DNA of 64,000 bases from an uncultured virus (IMG/VR IMGVR_UViG_3300031867_000039) (Duplodnaviria > Heunggongvirae > Uroviricota > Caudoviricetes > Schitoviridae). Shown here piece by piece: positions 17,865-26,423 of the stretch. Positions within the stretch are counted from its first letter, which is position 1. Every line of letters begins with the position of its first letter. Made by a program: the position numbers and the translations under genes. The DNA is taken from the IMG/VR virus record IMGVR_UViG_3300031867_000039, one strand, 5' to 3'. Below the pieces are notes generated by a model, which ran no database searches, was not told where the DNA came from, and saw nothing but the letters and a program-made list of their open reading frames with translations.

Positions 17865-17895
17865 AACTACTTTTACTTTATGGAAAAAATTCTAT

Positions 17896-17912
17896 AAAAG
17901 GGGTGAAACCCC
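17896..17912 (-). terminator. Short terminator-like hairpin after the ThyX-like gene
   Basis: Minus strand ggggt-ttc-acccc-tttt. Confidence 0.55.
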
Positions 17913-18503
17913 CTAAGAAAGAGCAGAAACAAATTCCTTTACATAAGGGAGATCCATTAATGCATCACATAACTTATGCCATTCCCTTAGTTTATGGTTC
18001 TTCCTCTGATGGATTATATTCAATACATTCTCATAACTCATAGTAACGCTAGAACCATAAATAGCACCACTAGGTAACATAGAACGTAATTCATCGAACG
18101 TATCAGGGTCTTTTGTTTCATTATATCTTTCTCTTAACTCATTCAAATCATCAATTCTCATATTCCATGCTAATGTATCTTTAGAATGTTCAAACTGATC
18201 TAATCTAAATGGTTCTTTTAAACCTGTATGCATAAAGGAAGTACTGTTTCTAGTAGTACCTATCTTATAGGTATCAAATTCAGCCCACCAGTACATAGGA
18301 GCATCTATATACAATGATACAAATATCTGTCTTAAAAACTTCCTATGTTCAGTACCACCTCTAATTAACTTACATGCTAATGCTAAATCTTTAGGACCTA
18401 TTTCATCTAAAGTAGAGTCTGATTTATTCCAGCTCTTTAATGGATTTCTCATACCAGAAATAGCAGGTAATATATTATATACACCTTCAACAATTATCTT
18501 CAT
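17913..18503 (-). CDS. ThyX-like (flavin-dependent thymidylate synthase-like) protein
   Basis: HRKFLRQI..APMYWWAEFDTYK..STSFMH..RSMLP..QRKNH pattern of divergent phage ThyX-fold proteins. Confidence 0.6.
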   Translation of the reverse strand: MKIIVEGVYNILPAISGMRNPLKSWNKSDSTLDEIGPKDLALACKLIRGGTEHRKFLRQIFVSLYIDAPMYWWAEFDTYKIGTTRNSTSFMHTGLKEPFRLDQFEHSKDTLAWNMRIDDLNELRERYNETKDPDTFDELRSMLPSGAIYGSSVTMSYENVLNIIHQRKNHKLREWHKLCDALMDLPYVKEFVSALS

Positions 18504-18634
18504 ACGTCATTCATATCCTTGTTTACCTTAAATACTGTTATTAGCCATAAAGCTATAAACCATAATAACTTGTATAATGGATCAATATCTAAGAATATCA
18601 AAAGTCCAAAATTAATTACACCGAACCATAACAT
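18500..18634 (-). CDS. Small 44-aa hydrophobic membrane protein (not in ORF track)
   Basis: MLWFGVINFGLLIFLDIDPLYKLLWFIALWLITVFKVNKDMNDV; GGAG RBS; ATGA overlap with the ThyX-like start. Confidence 0.7.
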   Translation of the reverse strand: MLWFGVINFGLLIFLDIDPLYKLLWFIALWLITVFKVNKDMNDV

Positions 18635-18647
18635 AAAAAAACTCCAA

Positions 18648-18663
18648 TGTGATATAAATCACA
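18648..18663. promoter_or_regulatory. CRP-type operator palindrome TGTGA-N6-TCACA
   Basis: tgtga-tataaa-tcaca in an intergenic gap. Confidence 0.5.
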
Positions 18664-18693
18664 CTAGAGTATATAATGTTTTATTAATTAAAG

Positions 18694-18915
18694 CTACTCA
18701 GTCGTACTTATTAGCTTGTTTAAATACCACCTAGCTTTCTGTAAGTCCTCTATACCATTCTTATGTTTATATCTCCATAAATACTTAATTACATTACCAT
18801 ACAGAAATCCTTCTACACCTTGTAGATTATTCTGTTTAGATAATTCTTCAATTACATCAATACATTCATATTTACCAAATGTATAATGTTCTGGTTTCTC
18901 TACATTATCACTCAT
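18694..18915 (-). CDS. DUF3310 family protein (T7 gp1.7-like nucleotide kinase domain)
   Basis: VEKPEHY..ECID..GNVIKYLWRYKHKNGIEDLQKARWY. Confidence 0.9.
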   Translation of the reverse strand: MSDNVEKPEHYTFGKYECIDVIEELSKQNNLQGVEGFLYGNVIKYLWRYKHKNGIEDLQKARWYLNKLISTTE

Positions 18916-18973
18916 TTCTCTACTTAAACCACCATTAATATAATAAAAAATAAAATAATTATTAATATTTCTT

Positions 18974-19444
18974 TCATTGTTTACACCACTCCAATAATGA
19001 ATTATACCTAACAGCTAATTGGTCACATTCGTTTCCGATAGCCATACTTTCTTTAACCTTTCTGAGTAGATCGGTTTCTGTGTAACATCTAGTATTGGAT
19101 TTAGGCTTGGTTTCTTTGGACACTCTTGTACTGCTTGTATCGGTGTGCTGCAAGCAGTCAGGGACGAAAGTATTAGAAAGAGTGTTACCAGCAATAAGAA
19201 CCTTATCATACTCCTCTTTAAGAAGTTGTATCTTATCTTGGTAGTCTTGGATAATTCCATTTTCCTTCTCCTTATATAATCTTTCTTGGTTCAATATAGC
19301 TTTTAAGTTACTAGTCTGTAGTTGGTTTAATGTAGCTTTATATTCACTATCAGCAGTACTATAACCTTTATAATAACTAAATACTCCTACAGCTATATAT
19401 GAACATATCCCTATAGAAAATATTAATGGTTTACTTATCAGCAT
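18974..19444 (-). CDS. i-spanin (Rz-like)
   Basis: N-terminal TM, coiled coil, C-terminal Cys; contains an embedded lipoprotein ORF. Confidence 0.75.
   Translation of the reverse strand: MLISKPLIFSIGICSYIAVGVFSYYKGYSTADSEYKATLNQLQTSNLKAILNQERLYKEKENGIIQDYQDKIQLLKEEYDKVLIAGNTLSNTFVPDCLQHTDTSSTRVSKETKPKSNTRCYTETDLLRKVKESMAIGNECDQLAVRYNSLLEWCKQ
19015..19209 (-). CDS. o-spanin (Rz1-like lipoprotein) embedded in the i-spanin
   Basis: MIRFLLLVTLFLILSSLTAC lipobox, Pro-rich mature region, GAGGAG RBS, alternate frame. Confidence 0.8.
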   Translation of the reverse strand: MIRFLLLVTLFLILSSLTACSTPIQAVQECPKKPSLNPILDVTQKPIYSERLKKVWLSETNVTN

Positions 19445-19655
19445 TAACTCTTTCCCAAGTATCACATTGACGCATAGCCATTAGTAATCTATAGTCTGCA
19501 TCATTCTCTTCAAAAGCATCAAAAGGTTTACCATCTTTTGCATACTCAATATCTAATTCAATAGTTATTTTAACTCTCCAACCTTTAAAGTTTTTAGACT
19601 TTAATTCAATCTCACCTTCAGTTGGAACAAATGTAAAATAATCTTGTATTCTCAT
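19431..19655 (-). CDS. Hypothetical protein
   Basis: GGAG RBS, ATGA overlap with the resolvase. Confidence 0.7.
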   Translation of the reverse strand: MRIQDYFTFVPTEGEIELKSKNFKGWRVKITIELDIEYAKDGKPFDAFEENDADYRLLMAMRQCDTWERVNADK

Positions 19656-20071
19656 AATTCTCCCTCAATAGTTACATTAATTCTTGGATTAGTTCTATCA
19701 TATTCACCTATCTTACCTATAACCATAGGTACAACCTTAAAATTATCATCAGTAATAATACCATTTACTACTAAAGCATCTTCAAAGAATTTATCAATAA
19801 TAGATACAGTATTCATTACATCAAATGAATGTCTATCACCTCTATGTACTTCATAGGTAATAGATATAATTCTTTTTAATTTGGGTAATTGTTCTATTTG
19901 TGGTTTTATTAAATCTGTATATGCCTGCTTATAGTTATTTCTTTGTACATCTCCCCACTTAAAAGCATTGTTCATACTTAAAAATACATTCTTCTTTTTA
20001 CGTACACCAACTATTAATTTGATTGGTATATCTAATTTTAATATAGTATGTGACATTACCCTATACCTCAT
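19652..20071 (-). CDS. RusA-like Holliday junction resolvase
   Basis: FDVMN..DKFFEDAL..GIITDDN..PRINVTI. Confidence 0.8.
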   Translation of the reverse strand: MRYRVMSHTILKLDIPIKLIVGVRKKKNVFLSMNNAFKWGDVQRNNYKQAYTDLIKPQIEQLPKLKRIISITYEVHRGDRHSFDVMNTVSIIDKFFEDALVVNGIITDDNFKVVPMVIGKIGEYDRTNPRINVTIEGEL

Positions 20072-20108
20072 ATAAAATATAGCATATATTACACCACTAG
20101 AGGTTTAT

Positions 20109-20819
20109 ATGAAATACGTAATGGTCACATCTAAGAAAGATATTGAACAATATCAAAATCAACTACCAAATTTAGTAATAATTAAGAAAACTAGAAATTT
20201 AATGTATTCCTTATCCAAATTAAAAGATGATGTAATATTAATTAAATATGGTGCTAAATTATGTAACAGATTTAGATATAGAGCAAAGGAAAATATCTCT
20301 TATCTTGGTTCAGATAAAGTTATAAGTTTCTTTAATTTCACTGCTCTACGAAGAATACATAAACCTATTCAAGCTCATTTTCTTAAAGACATAATAGCTC
20401 TATATATACCTCAACATTACATCAAAGAAATAAACGAAAATACACCTAGTAAATGGAAAACAGAAAAACGTATAGGTAAGTACTTAGATTCTATAGAAGT
20501 ACCTATATATCCTGTATCCCCTTCTTTGGCTCAATGGGAAGCTAAACCATCTATTTGGTTCATTGAAGATATAATACACCCATTCAACCTTATCTATGTA
20601 CCTGAACTATTACCATATAAATATGATTTTTTATCTACAACATTTTTATTATCTAAAATATCAGGTACAGTAACCAAAAAAGAACTTAAAAAATGGGATA
20701 ATAAACTATATGATTTAAGTATTATGCCACCTAAACCATTAAAACAAGATAAAGCTATTATTAAAGCAGCACGTAAAATGAATTGTCCTACCATACCTAT
20801 TCTTGTTCAAAAGACCTAA
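20109..20819 (+). CDS. Degenerate glycosyltransferase-like paralogue of 3919-4461
   Basis: Colinear motifs shared with 3919-4461 but no EDD motif; GAGG RBS. Confidence 0.5.
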   Translation: MKYVMVTSKKDIEQYQNQLPNLVIIKKTRNLMYSLSKLKDDVILIKYGAKLCNRFRYRAKENISYLGSDKVISFFNFTALRRIHKPIQAHFLKDIIALYIPQHYIKEINENTPSKWKTEKRIGKYLDSIEVPIYPVSPSLAQWEAKPSIWFIEDIIHPFNLIYVPELLPYKYDFLSTTFLLSKISGTVTKKELKKWDNKLYDLSIMPPKPLKQDKAIIKAARKMNCPTIPILVQKT

Positions 20820-20853
20820 TTAAAATATAATAGCTGTAACCAAGGAGACCATT

Positions 20854-21303
20854 ATGGATGTTACAGATATTTTAATTAAAGAAGAAGGTTTTAAGGATAC
20901 TCCATATTACTGCAGTGAGAAGTATCCTACAATAGGTATTGGATTTAAATTAGGACCTAAGAATACCCCATTACATTATTATGACTTTAAAATCTCAAAA
21001 GAAGTAGCGAAGCTACTGTTACAAGAACGTATAGATGAAATCAAAGAACAGTTAAGTAAATACGATTGGTATAATAACTGTAATGAAGATCGTAAAGCTA
21101 TTCTAATCTCTATGGCTTATCAACTTGGATTAAAAGGATTATTAACATTTACTAATACATTAGCATATGTAGCTAAAGGTGATTATAATTCTGCTAGTGT
21201 TAATATGCTTAAATCTAAGTGGTCATTACAAACCCCTAATAGAGCTAGAAGGCATGCTACAGTAATGCGTACTGGTTCATTAGCATCTGCTTATAAGGGG
21301 TAA
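20854..21303 (+). CDS. Endolysin, T4-type lysozyme (GH24)
   Basis: E-x8-C-x5-T triad (EGFKDTPYYCSEKYPTIG), MAYQLG, SKW..QTPNRA. Confidence 0.92.
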   Translation: MDVTDILIKEEGFKDTPYYCSEKYPTIGIGFKLGPKNTPLHYYDFKISKEVAKLLLQERIDEIKEQLSKYDWYNNCNEDRKAILISMAYQLGLKGLLTFTNTLAYVAKGDYNSASVNMLKSKWSLQTPNRARRHATVMRTGSLASAYKG

Positions 21304-21306
21304 GCT

Positions 21307-21579
21307 ATGGAAACAGTGAATAAATACCTCTTATCTATATTCATTTCTATTAGTGGTTTCTTCCTTGTAAATACCTATAGTGACTATAAAACATTAATTA
21401 AAACTATACAGGATATAGGTACACAACAAGTAATCATAGAGCAAAGAATTAAAACCTTAAATGAAAATCTAAAAGCTAAAGAACAACTTGAAAAGACTCT
21501 TGAAGCTAATCAAGAATTACTTAGTCTTCGTATTAAAGATCTTGAAGTTAGGTTTGCTCGTTTGGAGAAATCAAAATGA
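21307..21579 (+). CDS. Membrane-anchored coiled-coil protein (possible holin/lysis accessory)
   Basis: Single N-terminal TM, next to the endolysin. Confidence 0.5.
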   Translation: METVNKYLLSIFISISGFFLVNTYSDYKTLIKTIQDIGTQQVIIEQRIKTLNENLKAKEQLEKTLEANQELLSLRIKDLEVRFARLEKSK

Positions 21580-22133
21580 TTCATAATATGGTTCAATCAA
21601 CATATACAGCAGCACAATTAACAGGTATCTTAATAACTCCTACTAATCAGAATATGATAGAAACAGGTATTAAGGTATCTACAATATCTCATGGTATTAC
21701 TGCTAAAGATATGGATGAGATAGTCTTTACAGACTATCAGGGTAGATATTCATTCTTTCTTGTAGAAGGTGAATATGAGATATTTGTTAATTACCATAAG
21801 AATTGGAAATCCTATGGTAAGTTAGAAATATTCCCTGAAGATAAGAACAAGGTATATGATATACAGACCCTTGTAGATCGTTATGATAAGATGCATAGTG
21901 ATGCACCATCTTGGGATAAAGAGAAGTTTAAACACTATATGTTATCTTTTGTTTATCCTGTAGGTAGTATATATACATCTCTAGTTAATAAATCACCTGC
22001 TGAATTATTAGGTGGTGAATGGGAATTACTTCCTGCTAAAGTAGAATATGGTGGATCTGTAAATATAAAACCACCATATGTAAATATAAAACTACCATAT
22101 ATAACTGTTTATTTGTTTAAACGAATTAAGTAG
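21576..22133 (+). CDS. Minimal tail-fibre/baseplate-like protein
   Basis: Stf-like N-terminal segment TDYQGRYSF..GEYEI; C-terminal YPVGSIY..P..LLGGEWE..PYITVYLFKR motif. Confidence 0.6.
   Translation: MIHNMVQSTYTAAQLTGILITPTNQNMIETGIKVSTISHGITAKDMDEIVFTDYQGRYSFFLVEGEYEIFVNYHKNWKSYGKLEIFPEDKNKVYDIQTLVDRYDKMHSDAPSWDKEKFKHYMLSFVYPVGSIYTSLVNKSPAELLGGEWELLPAKVEYGGSVNIKPPYVNIKLPYITVYLFKRIK
22058..22099 (+). repeat. 21-bp tandem duplication (VNIKPPY/VNIKLPY)
   Basis: tgtaaatataaaaccaccata followed by tgtaaatataaaactaccata. Confidence 0.9.
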
Positions 22134-22571
22134 TTATCTACCAGTACCACCAAAACCAGTATCACCTCTACCTGTTTGAGATAACTCATCAGATAGTTCA
22201 ATTTTAACTTTATTAAAGGGGACTATTATAGCTTGTAATAGTCTCTCTCCTCTTTTATAAGATATAGCATCTCCAAAGAAATTTTTATCATGTACATCAA
22301 CTACAAGATGTGCAATCCATTCACCTCTATAATCTGCATCAATAACACCTACAGTATTTCTTAATGCAATTCCTTTCATACCTGCACTAGATCTAGGTAA
22401 CAATAAAGCTACATGTCCTTCAGGTACTTCTGCTGCAAATCCAAGATTAATTACATTATCTGATCCAACATTTAATGTAATATCTTGCTGTAAATATATA
22501 TCTAATCCACCTGAATATTCTCTCTTATATTCTGGTTTAATGAAGTCTTTTACTAATGGTTTTATACGCAT
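22134..22571 (-). CDS. dut: dUTPase (trimeric)
   Basis: GGLD, PRSS, GVIDADYRGE, ERLLQ, RGDTGFGGTG motifs. Confidence 0.95.
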   Translation of the reverse strand: MRIKPLVKDFIKPEYKREYSGGLDIYLQQDITLNVGSDNVINLGFAAEVPEGHVALLLPRSSAGMKGIALRNTVGVIDADYRGEWIAHLVVDVHDKNFFGDAISYKRGERLLQAIIVPFNKVKIELSDELSQTGRGDTGFGGTGR

Positions 22572-22689
22572 AATTGGTCCTTAAAAATAATATATAAATT
22601 ACATAATATTGTACGTAAAAATTAACTGTGCTACAGTTACGCTAAATTTAGCTTATTTAATTATATTTACTAAACTAAGATAGAGCAAT

Positions 22690-25077
22690 ATGAGCAGTTT
22701 AAATAATGTTATTAAGTCTACTAGAGGTTATCCAAAATTAACTAAATGGAAGAATGAACCTACTGTGGATGATTTACGTAATGATTTACGTGAAGCTCAA
22801 CCTGCATATGATGTACATTGTTCTAAAGTTAATCATTGGTTAGATGTATTAAATCCTAAACCATTTATTACAAAAGATCCGTCTAAATCTACTGTACAGT
22901 CTAAATTATCTCGTAAACAATCTGAATGGATTTATGCGGCTCTTTCAGAACCTTTCTTATCCACACCTGATATTTTCAAAGTTAAACCTATTTCGTTTGA
23001 GGATACACTCGCTGCCGAACAAAACCAATTAGTATTAAATAATCAGTTTAATACTAAGTTAAATAAGGTTAAGTTTATTGATGACCTTATTAGAACTACA
23101 GTTGATGAAGGTACAGCTATAGTACGTGTAGGTTGGAATTACTCAGAGACTACCATTGAGAAGAATATCCCTGTATATCAAATTGTACCTTATACCCCTG
23201 AGATGGATATAAAGGGATTTACAATGGATAGTATCAATAAGCTAATGAAACTTTGGGAAGATCCTGTGGGTAAGAAAGCTATTCCTGATGAATGGTTACA
23301 GGCTACTCAAGTAAATGTAGCTATGCATACTCAGATAGAACAGATGCAAGCTCAAATACAGCAGATGGTTCAACAAGCAGAAGAAGCAGGTACACCTATT
23401 CCACCTGAACAGATATCTGCTATGCAAGCTCAGATACCACCATTCACACCTGTATATCCTATGCGTGTGAAGTCAGAAATGACTGAAGTACCCGTAGTTA
23501 CAAATGAACCAACATTAAAGGTATGTAAATATACAGATATTATTATTGATCCATCTTGTAAAGAAGATTTATCAACTGCAGAATTTGTTATTTATAGATT
23601 TGAAACTTCTATAGCTGAATTAAAAGCTGCTGGTAAATATAAGAACTTAGATAAAATTATTATTGATGATTTACCACCTAATGATGTTATGGAAGATATT
23701 AACGAAGACGTTAATAGTGGATTTAATTTTAAGGATGAAGCTAGAAAACGTATCGTTGCATATGAATATTGGGGTAATTGGGATATCAACAAGAATAAGA
23801 CTACCAAACCTATAGTTGCTACTTGGGTTGGTAATATTATGATTCAGTGTGAAGAAAATCCATTCCCAGATGGTGAAGTTCCTTTTGTATTATTTAGATA
23901 TTTACCTGTAGCTAGAGAAATATTTGGTGAACCTAACTCAACATTGCTCGAAGATAACCAAAATATTACAGGTGCATTAATGCGTGGTGCTATTGACTTA
24001 TTAGCTAAATCAGCTAATAGCCAGACAGGTATAGCTAAAGGTGCATTGGATAAGTTAAATAAATCCAGATTTGATAAAGGTATGGATTATGAATTTAATA
24101 TGAATGTAGATCCAAGAATGGCTATATTCCAACACACATTTCCTGAATTACCTCAATCTGTTTTAACTATGTTACAGATCCAACAGTCTGAAGCAGAAGC
24201 TATATCAGGTATTAGAGCATTTGCTACTAGTGCTGTAGATTCTAATCAACAGCAAGTAGCTGCACAAGTAAGAGGTGCATTAGATGCTGCATCTAAACGT
24301 GAAATGGGTATATTACGTAGAATCATAGATGGAATGATTAAAGTAGCTAGGAAGATTATAGCTATGAATGGTGAGTTCCTATCTGAATATGAAGTATTAC
24401 GTATTACTAATGGTGACTTTGTTACTATACGTAGAGATGATTTACCTGGTAATTTTGATTTAGAGATTGACATATCTACTAATGAACAAGATGATGTAAA
24501 AGCTCAAGAATTAGCATTTATGTTACAGACTCTTGGACAGGATATGGATACTCCTATGCGTAATCTTATTCTTTCAGGTATAGCTAAATTACGTAAGATG
24601 CCTGAATTAGCTAAACGTATAGAAACCTATGAACCAAAACCAGATCCAGTAGCATTAGAGATACAGCAGGAACAACTTAAAAATTGGAAGTTGTTAAATA
24701 CTAAATTACAGATGGAATGTCAGAAGTTACAAGCTGATGCTCAGTTATCTTTAGCTAGAGCACAAGCTGAACAGTCTAATGCTTATAATTCAGGTATGAC
24801 TGCTCCTATTGATGCACAACTTAAACAAGCTCAAGCAGAACAGTTACATGCTAAGTCCTTAAAGGATAACTTGGATTTCTATGAACAGAAGACAGGTATT
24901 ACACATGAAAGAGAGATGGCTAAACAGCAAGCACAAGCACAAGCTAATCTTGATAGAGATGTAAAGAAAGCACTATTAGCTGATAATTTACGTACTAGAG
25001 CAAGACAGAAAGCTAATGTAGGTGATACTGTACAGTCTGAAGATTTTAATCCTGATGATATTATTAACGCACTTTAA
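22690..25077 (+). CDS. Portal protein (N4 gp59-like)
   Basis: KLTKWKNEPT, RKQSEW.Y.ALSEPFL, AYEYWG.WDI, KAQELAFMLQT. Confidence 0.93.
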   Translation: MSSLNNVIKSTRGYPKLTKWKNEPTVDDLRNDLREAQPAYDVHCSKVNHWLDVLNPKPFITKDPSKSTVQSKLSRKQSEWIYAALSEPFLSTPDIFKVKPISFEDTLAAEQNQLVLNNQFNTKLNKVKFIDDLIRTTVDEGTAIVRVGWNYSETTIEKNIPVYQIVPYTPEMDIKGFTMDSINKLMKLWEDPVGKKAIPDEWLQATQVNVAMHTQIEQMQAQIQQMVQQAEEAGTPIPPEQISAMQAQIPPFTPVYPMRVKSEMTEVPVVTNEPTLKVCKYTDIIIDPSCKEDLSTAEFVIYRFETSIAELKAAGKYKNLDKIIIDDLPPNDVMEDINEDVNSGFNFKDEARKRIVAYEYWGNWDINKNKTTKPIVATWVGNIMIQCEENPFPDGEVPFVLFRYLPVAREIFGEPNSTLLEDNQNITGALMRGAIDLLAKSANSQTGIAKGALDKLNKSRFDKGMDYEFNMNVDPRMAIFQHTFPELPQSVLTMLQIQQSEAEAISGIRAFATSAVDSNQQQVAAQVRGALDAASKREMGILRRIIDGMIKVARKIIAMNGEFLSEYEVLRITNGDFVTIRRDDLPGNFDLEIDISTNEQDDVKAQELAFMLQTLGQDMDTPMRNLILSGIAKLRKMPELAKRIETYEPKPDPVALEIQQEQLKNWKLLNTKLQMECQKLQADAQLSLARAQAEQSNAYNSGMTAPIDAQLKQAQAEQLHAKSLKDNLDFYEQKTGITHEREMAKQQAQAQANLDRDVKKALLADNLRTRARQKANVGDTVQSEDFNPDDIINAL

Positions 25078-25088
25078 AGGAATATAAA

Positions 25089-25385
25089 ATGACAGAAGTT
25101 AATATTGAAGATACTAAGAAAGATGTAGCATTATCTGAAGCATTTCAGAGACTATGCAAGAATAGAGATTTTAAATATCTTATTCTTGAAGTATATCTGA
25201 AAGAATATGCTTTACAGTTGGTTCAGCTTAAATCTGGTCAGGCAGCTATTAGAGATAAAACTCTTATGGAATTATTTGATACAAGATTAGCTGCTACTGG
25301 TTCACTTAAACAGTGGTTTGATTCTATTGTAGCTGCTGGTGAGAATGCTAAAGAAGTATTGGCTCAGATTGAGAGAGGTGAATAA
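25089..25385 (+). CDS. N4 gp58-like protein
   Basis: Synteny; RL..NRDFKYLILE.YL motif. Confidence 0.7.
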   Translation: MTEVNIEDTKKDVALSEAFQRLCKNRDFKYLILEVYLKEYALQLVQLKSGQAAIRDKTLMELFDTRLAATGSLKQWFDSIVAAGENAKEVLAQIERGE

Positions 25386-26419
25386 TGCCTACAGATGAAA
25401 CCCAAATGGAAGAACAGGAAAATACTCAGCCTCTAGTAACATCTAATGAGGAAGTAGACGGTTTAATTGGTGAGATGTCTGATGAAGATATTCTTAATGC
25501 ATCTCCAGACCAAATTGATAAATTCTTGGAAGCTCGTAGTAACTTTAATTCAAATCATGATGATGAAAGTCAGCAGGTTGAAACTAACGATACTGCAAAT
25601 GAGCCAAAAGAGTCTTCTGATGATAAGACAGAAGATAATTCAAATCCAACACTAGGAACTGTAAAGATTAATGGGAAAGATATCCCATTGAACTCAATGG
25701 AAGATGTTCAACAGCTTATTCAAGCTGGAACTAAATACAACACCTTATCCAATAAGTTAAGACCTGTACAGAGAATAGCTAGGATGCTAGAGAAGAATGG
25801 TTTCTTATCAGATGACCAAGTTAATTTTGCTATCAACTTATTAAAAGGTAACAAGAGTGCTATTAGTAAGTTATGTAAAGATAACAATATTGATATTTAC
25901 TCAGATCTTGATCCAGATGCTGAATATGTCGAACAGTCATATAAGGTAACTGATAAAGAACTCGAAGTAAAACAGACATTAGATGAATTAGAAGCTGAAG
26001 CTAGTTACACTGATACTGTACATGCTATTACTTCTATGGATAAGGCATCACAAGCTAAATTTTATGCTAATCCTGAATTAATTCGTAGTCTGAGTGAACA
26101 GGTCAAATCAGGTGACTATGCTACTATTCAGCAGGAGATTGAACGTCAAAGAGCACTAGGTTATATTGGTCCTCAAGATGATTTTACTACCTATTATACA
26201 GTTGGTAAGCAAATGTATTTTGATGGTAAATTAAAGATGTCTCCAAATAATGCTGAAACTAAAAAAGCATCTGAAGCTAAAGTACAGAAAAAGAAATCCT
26301 CTGCATCTGTACCTAAATCAAAGGATACTTCTAAGACAGCATTATCAGATATAGATATCTATAATATGTCTGATGAAGAGATTTTAAAACTTGACTTAAA
26401 TAAACTAAACATAAGGTGA
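25385..26419 (+). CDS. N4 gp57-like scaffold (often annotated tape measure)
   Basis: Acidic N-terminus with MSDEDIL/MSDEEIL at both ends; directly before the capsid gene. Confidence 0.8.
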   Translation: MPTDETQMEEQENTQPLVTSNEEVDGLIGEMSDEDILNASPDQIDKFLEARSNFNSNHDDESQQVETNDTANEPKESSDDKTEDNSNPTLGTVKINGKDIPLNSMEDVQQLIQAGTKYNTLSNKLRPVQRIARMLEKNGFLSDDQVNFAINLLKGNKSAISKLCKDNNIDIYSDLDPDAEYVEQSYKVTDKELEVKQTLDELEAEASYTDTVHAITSMDKASQAKFYANPELIRSLSEQVKSGDYATIQQEIERQRALGYIGPQDDFTTYYTVGKQMYFDGKLKMSPNNAETKKASEAKVQKKKSSASVPKSKDTSKTALSDIDIYNMSDEEILKLDLNKLNIR

Positions 26420-26423
26420 TATT

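Noticed and set aside
18519..18734. Plus-strand 71-aa ORF from the track
   Set aside because: TTG start, antisense to a better-supported minus-strand 44-aa ORF with RBS and ATGA coupling
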